DNA of 64,000 bases from Acidobacteriota bacterium (GTDB taxonomy: Bacteria; Acidobacteriota; UBA6911; RPQK01; JAJDTT01), in NCBI GenBank assembly GCA_965217775.1, contig CBDCJH010000002.1:480001-544000 (forward strand). Direction: 5' to 3'. The notes under the pieces are model-generated. The model was given only the letters and a program-made list of their open reading frames with translations. It was not told where the DNA came from and made no database searches. How positions within the stretch are numbered: the first letter of the stretch is position 1; every line of letters starts with the position of its first letter. The position numbers and the translations under genes were made by a program. Below, piece after piece: positions 1 to 9,461 of this stretch.

Positions 1-552
1 CACCGAGCGGGCTCCTGACTGCCACACACCGGGGGCCTTGTCCACCGAGATTCCACCGATGGCGACCAAGGGGAGATCGGTTTCGCCGGAGGCTTTACAC
101 AGCAGTTCCAGACCCAGCACAGGGGCCGCGTCCTCCTTGGTCCCGGTTGGGAAAATGGGGCCCAGCGCGAGGTAATCGACAGGTTCCTCCAGTCCCCTCC
201 TGAACTGGTCCCAATTGTGGGTGGAGAGTCCGATGACCGCTTCCTCTCCCAGGAGTCGCCGGGCAGCCGACGACGGAAGATCGTCCTGGCCCAGATGGAC
301 TCCGTCGGCCTCGACCGCCAGTGCCAGATCCACGCGATCGTTGACCACGAAGCAGGCTCCCGCCTCTCGACACAGGAGCCGGATCTTCAGGAGTTGCCGG
401 TAGAGACGGCCGTCCGGAAGCGTCTTGTCCCGGACCTGAAAGAAACCGATCCCGCAACGGATCAGGCAGTGGGAGAAGTTCACATGATCCCAGCCCTGCG
501 AGTTGGGGCAATGAGTGATGGGGTAGAGGGGACCGGGCAAGGGCTTGGGCAT
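1..552 (-). CDS. thiE: Thiamine-phosphate synthase (3' end runs off the window)
   Basis: Not in the ORF track. Manual translation from the ATG at 552 gives MPKPLPGPLYPIT...QVRDK...VVNDRVDLALAVEADGVHLGQDDLP...GLSTHN...DYLALGPIFPTGTK...PLVAIGGIS, the ThiE motifs. Confidence 0.93.
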   Translation of the reverse strand, partial: MPKPLPGPLYPITHCPNSQGWDHVNFSHCLIRCGIGFFQVRDKTLPDGRLYRQLLKIRLLCREAGACFVVNDRVDLALAVEADGVHLGQDDLPSSAARRLLGEEAVIGLSTHNWDQFRRGLEEPVDYLALGPIFPTGTKEDAAPVLGLELLCKASGETDLPLVAIGGISVDKAPGVWQSGARSV

Positions 553-558
553 CGAACC

Positions 559-1905
559 TCATCCCCTGAGGAGCTGAAACAGGATCGTGAGGATGGCCAG
601 GGGGCAGACGAACCGGATCAGGAAACCCCAGACCGTTCCCAGGCGGAAAGTCCCGCGGCCCCGCTCCAGCTCCTCCACGGCGTTCCCGATACCCCACTTC
701 CAGCCCACGAACAGGCTCACCAGCAGAGCGCCCACGACCAACGCCATCCCTCCAAAATATTGGTTCGCGAAATCGAGGGTTCCGGAAAAGAACGGAACGG
801 CGCCGTTTCCCAACGCACTGGGGATTCCCAGGAGGAAGATCACACCGCCGGCTCCGATAGCCGCGCGGCGGCGGCTCCACCGGAACTCGTCGATGGTGAA
901 TGCCACGACCACCTCCAACATGGAGATGGCGGACGTGAGCGCGGCGATGCCCAGCAGGATGAAAAAAGCGGCTCCGAAAATATTCCCCAGGGGGATGGCA
1001 TTGAAGATGTTGGGCAGCACCACGAAGATCAGCCCCGGTCCCACGTCGGGTGACAGCCCCGGCACGGAAAAGAGTGCCGGGAAAATGGCCAAGCCGGCCA
1101 GGAACGCGATGAAAAAGTCAAAGAAGCTCACATACAGAGCGCTCGACACCAGGTCCTGTTTCGGGGAGAGGTAGCTTCCATAGGTGATGATCGCCCCCAT
1201 TCCCAGGCTCAGCGAGAAGAAGGCCTGGCTCACGGCCTTCAGGATCACCACGCCGTCCAGTTTTCCGAAATCGGGCTTGAGGTAGAAGCTGAGGCCTTCG
1301 GACGCCCCCGGAAGCGTCAATGAACGGGCCACCAGCAGGAGCAGCAGGCCGAACAGCACGGGCATGAGGATCTTGGCGGCCCTTTCGATTCCACCCTGGA
1401 TGCCCCCCATGACAATCCGAATGGTGATGAGCATGAACAGAAGGTGGCAGATGAGGACCGCCCCCGGATCCTGGATGAAACTGGTGAACGTCGCGCCGAT
1501 GGCCTCCGGTGTGGCGCCGTGGAGGGAGCCGCTGACTGCGACCCAGATGTATTTGAGCGTCCAGCCCGCGACCACGCTGTAATAACTCAGGATGATCAAG
1601 CCGGTCAGGACGCCGAGACCTCCGGCCAGGCTCCAGCCGCTTCCGGGAGCCAGGCGACGGTAGGCCCCGACCGGATTTCGCTGGGTCTTCCGGCCCAGCG
1701 CCAGTTCGGCCAGCATGACCGGGACACCGATCAGAAAGGTGGCGATCACGTAGACCAGAACGAAGGCGCCTCCTCCGTTCTGTCCCGCCTCGGTGGGGAA
1801 CCGCCAGATGTTGCCGAGCCCGATGGCGGACCCGACGACAGCCAGGACGAATCCGAGTCCGGACCCCCAGTAGCCTCTCTGGTTGGTCCCGGCGGTTGCG
1901 CTCAT
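559..1905 (-). CDS. Sodium-dependent transporter, neurotransmitter:sodium symporter (NSS/SNF) family
   Basis: [18 protein letters not shown] and [11 protein letters not shown] motifs and many hydrophobic segments. Likely start MSATAG at 1905, overlapping the accC stop (ATGA). Confidence 0.92.
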   Translation of the reverse strand: MSATAGTNQRGYWGSGLGFVLAVVGSAIGLGNIWRFPTEAGQNGGGAFVLVYVIATFLIGVPVMLAELALGRKTQRNPVGAYRRLAPGSGWSLAGGLGVLTGLIILSYYSVVAGWTLKYIWVAVSGSLHGATPEAIGATFTSFIQDPGAVLICHLLFMLITIRIVMGGIQGGIERAAKILMPVLFGLLLLLVARSLTLPGASEGLSFYLKPDFGKLDGVVILKAVSQAFFSLSLGMGAIITYGSYLSPKQDLVSSALYVSFFDFFIAFLAGLAIFPALFSVPGLSPDVGPGLIFVVLPNIFNAIPLGNIFGAAFFILLGIAALTSAISMLEVVVAFTIDEFRWSRRRAAIGAGGVIFLLGIPSALGNGAVPFFSGTLDFANQYFGGMALVVGALLVSLFVGWKWGIGNAVEELERGRGTFRLGTVWGFLIRFVCPLAILTILFQLLRG

Positions 1906-3248
1906 GCCGTCTTTCCCGTGAATTCGTCGAGGAACGAGGTCCCATAGGTCCCACTCAGGAAGTCGGGATGGCGGATCACTCTCCGGTGAAAGGGCAGGGT
2001 GGTCTCGATCCCCTCGACGACGAAGGTGTCCAAGGCCCGTTTCAGTCGAGATATGGCCTCCGCCCGGTCGTTGCCGTGAGCGATGAGTTTGGCGATGAGG
2101 GAGTCGTAGTGGGGGGAAATGACGCAATCCGTATAGGCCGCGGAATCAACCCGGATCCCCGGCCCTCCCGGAGCATGGTAAGCATGGATTCGGCCGGGAG
2201 AGGGAATGAAGGTCTCGGAAGATTCGGCGTTGAGCCGGCATTCGATGCTGCTTCCTCGAAAGACCACGTCGTCCTGGGAAAAGTCCAGAGGAAGGCCTGC
2301 CGCAATCTGTATCTGCTCCTTCACGATGTCAATCCCGGTGATCATCTCGGTCACCGGATGCTCGACCTGGATCCTGGTGTTCATCTCGATGAAATAGTGG
2401 TTCCCCTGCTGGTCGAACAGAAACTCCACCGTCCCCGCGTTCTGATAGCCGATCTCCTTCATGGCGTGCACCACTTGGCTTCCCAGCTCCATTCGCCGGC
2501 CGGGGCTGAGAAACGGGCTGGGAGACTCTTCCACCAGTTTCTGATGCCGCCGCTGAATGGAGCAGTCACGCTCCCCCAGGTGGACGATGTTCCCCCGGTC
2601 GTCGGCCAGGATCTGAAACTCGATATGGCGCGGGTTCTCAAGATACCGCTCCAAATAGACTTGAGAGTTGCCGAATGCGCTTTCCGCCTCGGACTGGACC
2701 AGTGCCAAGGAGTCAAGGAAATCTTGCTCCCGGCGAATGATGCGCATCCCCTTCCCGCCGCCTCCGGCTGCCGCCTTGATGATGAGGGGGAAGCCGACCT
2801 GCCGTGCCAACGCCGAGGGATCCGGGCTCTCCCGGTCGATGGCGCCGGTTCCGGGAATGGTGGGAATTCCCAGGGCCTTGATCGTCTCCCGTGCCCGGGA
2901 CTTGTCTCCCATGAGACTGATGGCGGACGCGGAGGGGCCGATGAACCGGATGCCACAGTTGTCGCAGACCTCCGCGAAGTGGGAACTCTCGGCCAGGTAG
3001 CCGTAACCGGGGTGGATGGCGTCCACGTTGGTGATCTCGGCCGCGCTGATGATGCTGGGGATGTTCAGATAGCTGTCGTAGCTTCGGGGCGGGCCGATGC
3101 AGACGGCCTCGTCGGAGAAGCGGACGTGGAGCAGGTCCCGATCGGCCTCGGAGTAGACTGCGACCGTGCGAATGCCCAATTCCTTGCAGGCGGCGACGAC
3201 ACGCAGCGCTATCTCACCCCGGTTGGCGATGAGGACCTTTCTGAACAT
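1902..3248 (-). CDS. accC: Acetyl-CoA carboxylase biotin carboxylase subunit
   Basis: [54 protein letters not shown]. Confidence 0.97.
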   Translation of the reverse strand: MFRKVLIANRGEIALRVVAACKELGIRTVAVYSEADRDLLHVRFSDEAVCIGPPRSYDSYLNIPSIISAAEITNVDAIHPGYGYLAESSHFAEVCDNCGIRFIGPSASAISLMGDKSRARETIKALGIPTIPGTGAIDRESPDPSALARQVGFPLIIKAAAGGGGKGMRIIRREQDFLDSLALVQSEAESAFGNSQVYLERYLENPRHIEFQILADDRGNIVHLGERDCSIQRRHQKLVEESPSPFLSPGRRMELGSQVVHAMKEIGYQNAGTVEFLFDQQGNHYFIEMNTRIQVEHPVTEMITGIDIVKEQIQIAAGLPLDFSQDDVVFRGSSIECRLNAESSETFIPSPGRIHAYHAPGGPGIRVDSAAYTDCVISPHYDSLIAKLIAHGNDRAEAISRLKRALDTFVVEGIETTLPFHRRVIRHPDFLSGTYGTSFLDEFTGKTA

Positions 3249-3256
3249 ATTTGCTA

Positions 3257-3384
3257 GCCCGCATTTCTCATCAGGGCGCGCCCAGCGCAGTCTGTCCCCG
3301 AGAGACATTGGTATCAATTGCGTAAACGCCGAACAATAAGATCATTTCAATCATACGCATAGCGGCTTGGTGAGAAATTCGGGC
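3257..3384. mobile_element. MITE family C copy (about 128 bp)
   Basis: Terminal inverted repeats gcccgcatttctca / tgagaaattcgggc, flanked by TA on both sides. Related copies at 8703-9461 and 31110-31241. Confidence 0.8.
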
Positions 3385-3821
3385 TAGGTGCGGATCTCGA
3401 ACAGGGGCTCACCGTATTCGACGGGCTGGCCGTTTTCAACCAGGATGCGAACGATCTGGCCATCCACGTCGCTCTCGATCTGGTTGAAGATCTTCATGGC
3501 CTCGATGATGCAGAGAGTGTCCCCTTCGCGGATGGTGGATCCGACTTGGACGAAGGTGTCTGCATCGGGTTTGGGTGAAGAGTAGTAGGTCCCCACCATG
3601 GGTGCGGTGAAGGCGTGAAGGTTCTCCGGCGCGGCTATGGGCTCGACCGGGGCCGTTTCTACGCCAGGGGCCTCCTGCACCGCCGGAGTTGCGGGTTCGG
3701 GCGGCGGGGCGACACCGCCGCGATGGATCCGGAGTCGGACTCCGTCCCGTTCCAACTCGAACTCCGCCACATCGAACTCGTCGATGAGTTTGAGTAAGGA
3801 CCGGATCTCCCTGGTGTTCAT
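3384..3821 (-). CDS. accB: Biotin carboxyl carrier protein
   Basis: APMVGTYY and the EAMK biotinylation motif; directly upstream of accC. Confidence 0.96.
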   Translation of the reverse strand: MNTREIRSLLKLIDEFDVAEFELERDGVRLRIHRGGVAPPPEPATPAVQEAPGVETAPVEPIAAPENLHAFTAPMVGTYYSSPKPDADTFVQVGSTIREGDTLCIIEAMKIFNQIESDVDGQIVRILVENGQPVEYGEPLFEIRT

Positions 3822-3863
3822 CGTTCTTCCTGCACCGGCTTCTCCCCGCGCGGTGTAAGTTTA

Positions 3864-4025
3864 GCAGTCCGTGGTGAAAGTCTCACGCAGCACCGAGACC
3901 GGGGCTGCGCCCGCCGGACAAGGCGCTCTGAGGGAGCATACCGGGAGGATGTGACCGAGGAGCAACGCAGTCCGCGCACGATGCGGACCCGGTAGAATGC
4001 CGTGACGACTGTTGCCACGGGCTGT
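3864..4025. mobile_element. MITE family A copy (first of a tandem pair)
   Basis: TIRs cagtccgtggtgaaagtc / gactgttgccacgggctg with TA flanks; the TA at 4026-4027 is shared with the next copy. Confidence 0.82.
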
Positions 4026-4027
4026 TA

Positions 4028-4187
4028 GCAGTCCGTGGTGAAAGTCCCGCGAGCACCGAGACCGTTCCTGCGCCCGCCGGACAAGGCGCGATTCGGGAGC
4101 ATACCGGGAGTATGTGATCGAATCGTAACGCAGTCCGCCGGGATGCAGGGACGGTCGGATGCCGTGGCGACTTTTGCCACGGGCTGT
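4028..4187. mobile_element. MITE family A copy (second of a tandem pair)
   Basis: Same TIRs and internal sequence (gcccgccggacaaggcgc...gcataccgggag...cgcagtccg) as 3864-4025. Confidence 0.82.
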
Positions 4188-4304
4188 TAGTCTCCACGGC
4201 CCCACGGGAACAAGTCGGAACCGTCCGTTGGGTCAGCCGATCGACTGCCCGTGGAAGTCGTTATCGCGCCTCTGTCGGCCGGAGAACGTCTTCTCCCTCA
4301 CTCT

Positions 4305-5375
4305 TCACCGGCCCGGATCGGAAAGCAGCCGGTACCCGGTGCCGGTCACGACAACCACATCCTCGATCCGGACGCCCATCCGTTCCGGAAGATAGATTCC
4401 CGGTTCCACGGTGAAAACCATTCCGGGCTTGAGGGGCCGCGGTCGACTCGGGGAGATCCGGGGCAGTTCGTGGACTTCCAAACCCAGTCCGTGGCCGACG
4501 CTGTGTTGAAAGTGGTCACCATGTCCGTAGCGCTCGATCACGCGGCGAGCCGCCCGGTCCACGTCGGAGGTCAGGATACCGGGACGGATGGAATCCAGAG
4601 CCGCGTGCTGGGCTTCCGAGACCATGTCGAAGATCTCGGGCTTCTTGGCCTCGCGGGGAAGATGGACCCGGGTGAGATCGCTCAGATACCCTCCGAAGCG
4701 GATTCCGAAATCGATCAAGAGGATTTCCTGCTCTCCCCAGACTCGGCCGGTAGCCACGCCGTGGGGCAGGGAGGATCGGGGTCCGCTGGCCACGATGGTG
4801 TCGAAGGCGACGCCTTCACCCCCGGCCTTGCGCATCTCCATTTCCAGGATGCCCGCCATCCGGACCTCGGCCATGCCGGGGGAGATCTGGTCGAGAAAGC
4901 CGGAAAATGCGCTCTGCGCCAGCTCGAAGGCCCGGGTCAGCGCCTCGATTTCGCTGGGTTCCTTGATGATTCGCAGGGTTTCGATCAGGTCGTGTTCGGG
5001 TACCCACTCGATGGCTGCGGACCAGGTCTGGATTCGCAGCCAGAGATCGCAACTGACACGAGTCGCCTCCAGCCCCAGTCGTTTCCGAGCGCTCTTGCCG
5101 GGAAAGCGGTCGTTCAACAGCTCTTCCAAGGCCTCCTCGAATGAACCCCCAATCAGCTGCGGAGTGCAGTTCACGGCCGTGGCCCGGGCTTGTTCCAGAT
5201 AGCGGGAGTCCACCAGGAGAATGGTCTCGTCTCCCAGGCAGCAGGCCAATCCCGCCGAACCGGTGAAGTTGAAGAGGTAGGTCAGATGGGGTCCGTGCTG
5301 GACCAGAAATCCGTCCAGGCCACGGTCCTCCAGCTCGGTCAGAAAGCGGCCATAGCGGCCCCGAAAGTCGTGCAT
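4305..5375 (-). CDS. M24 family Xaa-Pro aminopeptidase
   Basis: DSRY, PHG, IDFG...SDLTR, HSVGHGLGLEVHE, TVEPGIY and GVRIED metal-binding motifs. Confidence 0.93.
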   Translation of the reverse strand: MHDFRGRYGRFLTELEDRGLDGFLVQHGPHLTYLFNFTGSAGLACCLGDETILLVDSRYLEQARATAVNCTPQLIGGSFEEALEELLNDRFPGKSARKRLGLEATRVSCDLWLRIQTWSAAIEWVPEHDLIETLRIIKEPSEIEALTRAFELAQSAFSGFLDQISPGMAEVRMAGILEMEMRKAGGEGVAFDTIVASGPRSSLPHGVATGRVWGEQEILLIDFGIRFGGYLSDLTRVHLPREAKKPEIFDMVSEAQHAALDSIRPGILTSDVDRAARRVIERYGHGDHFQHSVGHGLGLEVHELPRISPSRPRPLKPGMVFTVEPGIYLPERMGVRIEDVVVVTGTGYRLLSDPGR

Positions 5376-5387
5376 CCCCGGACTCTA

Positions 5388-5711
5388 CCAGCCTGTGGCA
5401 AATGTGGTCACGGCATTCGACCGGGTCTGCATCCCGGCGGACTGCGTCGCGCCTCGGTCACATCCTCCCGGTATGCCCCCTCAGAGCGCCTTGTCCGGCG
5501 GGCGCAGCTCCGGTCTCAGTGCCAGGAGCCTGCGCCGCAGAAATTGGTCTACTGCGAAAGCGGTAGAATCGGTCCGGATTTCCCCGATTTCTCGGCGAAT
5601 AAAACAACTATGCACCTCAAAATCGAGAAAATCCGGCCTTGATTCCCCACTTTCTCGCTACGATCATTTCTACCGCGGAGACTCCTACGCGGGACTTTCA
5701 CCACGGGCTGT
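5388..5711. mobile_element. MITE family A copy interrupted by a family B MITE
   Basis: Family A sequence runs 5388-5522 and resumes at 5688 (cgcgggactttcaccacgggctg); TA flanks. Confidence 0.8.
5525..5685. mobile_element. MITE family B copy nested inside a MITE A
   Basis: TIRs ggagcctgcg / cggagactcc; reverse complement of the 11449-11609 copy. Confidence 0.82.
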
Positions 5712-6991
5712 TACCTGATTCGGGGCGTGATGAAGAAGATAATTTCCCGGGTTTCCCGGCTTTGGGAGTCCCTCCGAAAGAGCCGGCCCAGGACCGGGAT
5801 TCGGTTCAGACCCGGAACCTTTTGCTCCAGCGTCCGGTCGATTTCCAGGAGGATCCCTCCGATCACGGCCGTACCTTCATGCGGGATCAGAACTACGGTC
5901 TGGGATTCGCTCGTGAGGATGGTGGGAATGCCTTGAACTGTCCGGCTGAAATCGGGGACGTTGTTTTCCACCTTGATCTTCAGCAGAATCGTCTTCTCGC
6001 TCGTGATCTGTGGCGTCACCAGAAGCCGCAGGGCGGCGGTCTCGAAACGGACCGTGGTCGTGAAGTCGTGCTCGACTGGAATCGGAATTCGGGCTCCCTG
6101 GGTGATGATGGCCTCGACCTTGTTCAGGGCGGTGACCCGGGGTTTGGAAAGGATGCGAACTTCTCCGTCCGATTCGGCTGCGGTGAGAAGCGCATCCAGC
6201 CGAATCGTGTCCAGTACCGGGGTGGCCGCGATGCCGGGGGAAGGCAATCCCTGCCGGGACGGGGAGCTCATGCGCACGGAACCTCCGCCTCGTTGGCTGG
6301 TTCCGCCGAGCAGCAGGTCAAGCTGGAGACCCAGGTTCCGGGCGAAGGTGGTGGTGGCCTCGATGATTCTGGCCTCGATCTCGACTTGACGCCCTGCAAC
6401 GTCCAGCCGGTCCAGAAGGCGCTCGATCTCCAAGGCTCGAGCCGGGATGTCGGTTATCAGCACGGTGTTGGTCCTGGTGTCCACGTCCAAGCGGCCCTTC
6501 TCCCCCAGTTGGTTCTTCAGGGTCTTGGCCACCTCCTCGGCGGAGGCGTAGTTCAGGGACCGGGCCACGGTAGTCGGTGCCTGACTCTCACGTTCCTCTT
6601 CCAGCAGCTTCCGATCCCGTTCCTGCTCTGCCCGGAGAGTCTCTTGACGAGAAATCCGAATCAGGCTGTCCTGTGCCGTCTGTTCCAGGGAATGGCTCTT
6701 GAGGACCATCTCCACCACCTGGTCCAAGGCCACTCGCTCCACGCGTAGTGTCACGCTTCCCGACACGTCGGAATCGATCACCAGATTGAGGTCGCTCAAC
6801 TCCGCGACCGTGCGAAAGAAATCCACCAGGGAGGCGTCGACCAGGCTCATGGAAACCGTTTGCCGGAGCGGCTCGGGGACCTCTGGGACTTCGGGTCCCG
6901 AACCTTTCGAGGGAGTGGCTGCGACCAGCACCCATAAGAGAGGAATCCATCTGCACCGGAGTCGCGGAACGATTGACATGTTCTCACTCAC
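5711..6991 (-). CDS. pilQ: Type IV pilus secretin, short form (no AMIN domains apparent)
   Basis: N0-like segment LNLVIDSDVSGSVTL, N3-like segment DTRTNTVLITD, and secretin core QVEIEARIIE...KVPGL..IPVLGRLFR...EIIFFITPRI. Confidence 0.88.
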   Translation of the reverse strand: MSENMSIVPRLRCRWIPLLWVLVAATPSKGSGPEVPEVPEPLRQTVSMSLVDASLVDFFRTVAELSDLNLVIDSDVSGSVTLRVERVALDQVVEMVLKSHSLEQTAQDSLIRISRQETLRAEQERDRKLLEEERESQAPTTVARSLNYASAEEVAKTLKNQLGEKGRLDVDTRTNTVLITDIPARALEIERLLDRLDVAGRQVEIEARIIEATTTFARNLGLQLDLLLGGTSQRGGGSVRMSSPSRQGLPSPGIAATPVLDTIRLDALLTAAESDGEVRILSKPRVTALNKVEAIITQGARIPIPVEHDFTTTVRFETAALRLLVTPQITSEKTILLKIKVENNVPDFSRTVQGIPTILTSESQTVVLIPHEGTAVIGGILLEIDRTLEQKVPGLNRIPVLGRLFRRDSQSRETREIIFFITPRIR

Positions 6992-7380
6992 TTCCCGATG
7001 GATCCCGTTCGCTTCGTGACCCAGGTCCGATCCTCGTCAATCCCTTCGACCCGGAAAATCACCCAGTCTCCGGTGATCCCTTCCAAGAATCCGTCGGCGA
7101 ATCGAGCATTCACGGGAGCCAGATGGGTCAGGCGGTCAGTTCCTTGGACCAGAGCGAAACCGCCGAGTTTCCCCACGGCCGTCCCCACGATGACCAGTTC
7201 CGATATTGCCAGTTGCCGCAACGGCGTCGTCAATGGCGTCTCCACCGTAGGCCGTTGCTCCTGTCCCCAGGGAGCGAACGGATCTCTCTTCCCTCGAGGC
7301 GTGTAAACGGTTGTGCCTTCCGGGTCGGAAGCCGCCATGGCGCAGAAAAACCCGAGTTGCAGCAACGGGACCAGGATCAT
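6988..7380 (-). CDS. pilP: PilP-like pilus assembly protein
   Basis: Y.PRGKRDPF and PLRQLAISELVIVG motifs; lies between pilO and pilQ. Confidence 0.72.
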   Translation of the reverse strand: MILVPLLQLGFFCAMAASDPEGTTVYTPRGKRDPFAPWGQEQRPTVETPLTTPLRQLAISELVIVGTAVGKLGGFALVQGTDRLTHLAPVNARFADGFLEGITGDWVIFRVEGIDEDRTWVTKRTGSIGK

Positions 7381-7979
7381 GGGGCCTCCTCCAGCTCCGG
7401 CTCCCGGCTGGGATCGAAGTCTTGAAGACTGATCCGGAAGAGGCTCAGGGAGATGGAAGCATCCAGGGTCATCGCCGGACGGGACGGGTCCCGGCTGCTG
7501 CTGATGGACAGTTTTCGGATGTTGACGATTTCATCCAGTCCAGCAAGATCCTGAAAGAATCGGCCCAGGTTGTGAAACCCTCCTTCCACCACCACGTCCA
7601 TCGACCAATGGGTCAGGAACTCCTCCACGACGGGGGTCGAAGGAGAGACTCGTGTGGGACGCAGGTCACGGTGGAGAGCCAGTCGCAAAATTTGACTGAT
7701 CGCCTCGGAACGAGAAGTCCCCTTTTCCGGCATTCCTCCCTCGTCCAGCAGACGCTTGCGGTGTTCGGCGAATTCTTCCTTGATCCGTGAGAGGCGGGCC
7801 TCGGCCGAGTCGATCTGTTTCTGATGGGACTGGGCTCTCAGGAACTCCTTCTCCAGTCCCTCGAGTTGGAACTGGAGCGGACGGATGGTCGAGGCGTAGA
7901 TGGAACCTGCCAGGAAAATTCCCATGATGGCCAGGGAGAGGGCAGGTTTTTCGCGAACTCTTCGACGGAGTCTCTCCAT
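7377..7979 (-). CDS. pilO: PilO-like pilus assembly protein
   Basis: N-terminal TM segment, coiled coil, and GGFHNLGRFFQDLA.L..IVNI motif. Confidence 0.8.
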   Translation of the reverse strand: MERLRRRVREKPALSLAIMGIFLAGSIYASTIRPLQFQLEGLEKEFLRAQSHQKQIDSAEARLSRIKEEFAEHRKRLLDEGGMPEKGTSRSEAISQILRLALHRDLRPTRVSPSTPVVEEFLTHWSMDVVVEGGFHNLGRFFQDLAGLDEIVNIRKLSISSSRDPSRPAMTLDASISLSLFRISLQDFDPSREPELEEAP

Positions 7980-7994
7980 ACTCGCGTTTCCGGG

Positions 7995-8513
7995 TCAATG
8001 CCGCGTACGGGCAGTGACGGTAAAGCGGACGGTGTTCCCGACTTGTTCGAGGCCGCGAAGTTCCACCTGGGAAAACCCCGAGTCCGAAATCAGACGTTGC
8101 AGCAGAGTCCCCGCGACGGAGGGGGTAGCCGCAGTTCCCTCGAGGGTCAGAGTTTCCTCCTCCCAAACCAGACGATGCAGGGATACTTCCTCCCGGGACG
8201 GGAACCGGTCCATGAGCCGGTTCCACAACGAAAGAGGGGAAGCCTGATGGATCTTGAGTTCCCGGACACGGTTGCGGCACTGGATCAGGATTTCGACCGC
8301 CTCTTCCCAGCGCCGGACGCTCTCCAGAACCGCTTCCAGCCTCCCTCTGCGGTCAGAGAACGTCGCGAGTCTGGCTCGGCCCGAGTCTGTCCGGGAGTCT
8401 AGCGTCTGGTGCCAGACGGCGGTTGCCACGAGGACGGAGCATGCGGCCGCGAGGACCAGCAGGTCGCGTCTCGGCGCCGCCGCAATCGACGATCTGATGT
8501 GGATCCCCTTCAT
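7995..8513 (-). CDS. pilN: PilN-like pilus assembly protein
   Basis: TM segment, coiled coil and LTLEGTA...FSQVEL C-terminal domain. Start at MKGIH (8513) is inferred. Confidence 0.68.
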   Translation of the reverse strand: MKGIHIRSSIAAAPRRDLLVLAAACSVLVATAVWHQTLDSRTDSGRARLATFSDRRGRLEAVLESVRRWEEAVEILIQCRNRVRELKIHQASPLSLWNRLMDRFPSREEVSLHRLVWEEETLTLEGTAATPSVAGTLLQRLISDSGFSQVELRGLEQVGNTVRFTVTARTRH

Positions 8514-8625
8514 CTTCAATGTCCTCAACGCGCGAACCGCTTGGAACGCGAACCCAAGATGAGGAGTGAGGAGCACATCCACCGGGCGGCGCCCGGAATA
8601 ATCCCGGAAGGAGAAGGATAGGAGA

Positions 8626-8652
8626 GGCGGTTTCCAACCGCCGAACTCCGGA
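8626..8652. repeat. REP-like palindrome GGCGGTTTCCAACCGCC
   Basis: The 27-mer ggcggtttccaaccgccgaactccgga also occurs at 48243-48269. Confidence 0.6.
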
Positions 8653-8702
8653 GGAACCATAGAAATAAGACTGGAACGGCCGAAAGAGGGAGTGGGCGAC
8701 TA

Positions 8703-9461
8703 ACCCGCATTTCTCGTGCGCCGTGGAGTGGATAGGAGGGAGAGAGTGGCAACACGGGAAGCCCCGCCGGTGACGTGGCACGCGTCAACCGGGAATCCGC
8801 GAGGACCAGCCTGGGCCGTCGGGGTGGCGGAGAGGCCCGTAGTACCGGAGAAGCCGGGTAACGCCGGTGGAGGGAAGGGGCCTCAGGTGAGGACGGGTGA
8901 GGGAAAGTGCGAAGGACTACGGGAGTGGCCTGGCCTGGAACCCCGGTTTGAGTTCGGAAGCGCTGGAACCACCGCATGCGAAAGCGAAGGGGAACGACCG
9001 TGGGACCGCGCGGGAGCGGGGGACTGCGGGCGGCAGCGGCAAGGCGAGGACCGGCTTGCCGCCGGGATCGGCAGCGGTCGGGGAGCAGAGGGAGAGGTGC
9101 CACTCTCGAGGTGCGGGCGGCGGAAGCCGTTGCGCCATTCCCGCCGCTGACGAATCGACCCGTGTGCGAGCGGCATGGTCCCACTGGAGAGCCCGCTGCG
9201 GGGAAACCGCACGGCGGGTTCGGAGAGCGGGGAGAGGAAACGTGGCCACGGTGGAGATTGAGGCACCGGCACGATGGCGAAAGCCGCCGGCAACAGCGAC
9301 TCCCTCCGACCTACCGCCGTCGCGCCTCTCCTCGACTCTACACCAGCGAGCGCGCGCGAGCGCGCAGTCTGTCCCGGAGAAACCTTGGAAAATTCCGCGT
9401 AAATGCTCAAAAACAGATTATTTTTCATCATACGCGTAGCGACCTGGTGAGAACTTCGGGC
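8703..9461. mobile_element. MITE family C copy interrupted by a group II intron
   Basis: Removing 8716-9341 restores cccgcatttctc|accag...tgagaacttcgggc, which matches 3257-3384 and the reverse complement of 31110-31241. Confidence 0.85.
8716..9341 (+). mobile_element. ORF-less group II intron with vestigial domain I (626 nt)
   Basis: 5' GTGCG. DII stem gcccc/ggggt. DIII gaggccc...gtagtaccggagaagccgggtaacgccggtggagggaa...gggcctc. DV 9189-9221 with AGC triad and AC bulge. DVI with bulged A9335 and 3' end CGACTCTAC. Exact exon junction. Confidence 0.9.

Noticed and set aside
3818-4205. Recurring small ORFs (e.g. ...RYAPSERLVRRAQ...) here and at 5190, 28492, 32109 and 35330 as a protein family
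   Set aside because: They are translations of MITE family A, with inconsistent starts and frames.
5381-5388. GACTCTAC matching the intron 3' end next to a MITE A
   Set aside because: There is no DV or DVI upstream (it is the M24 gene start region); an 8-nt match is expected by chance.
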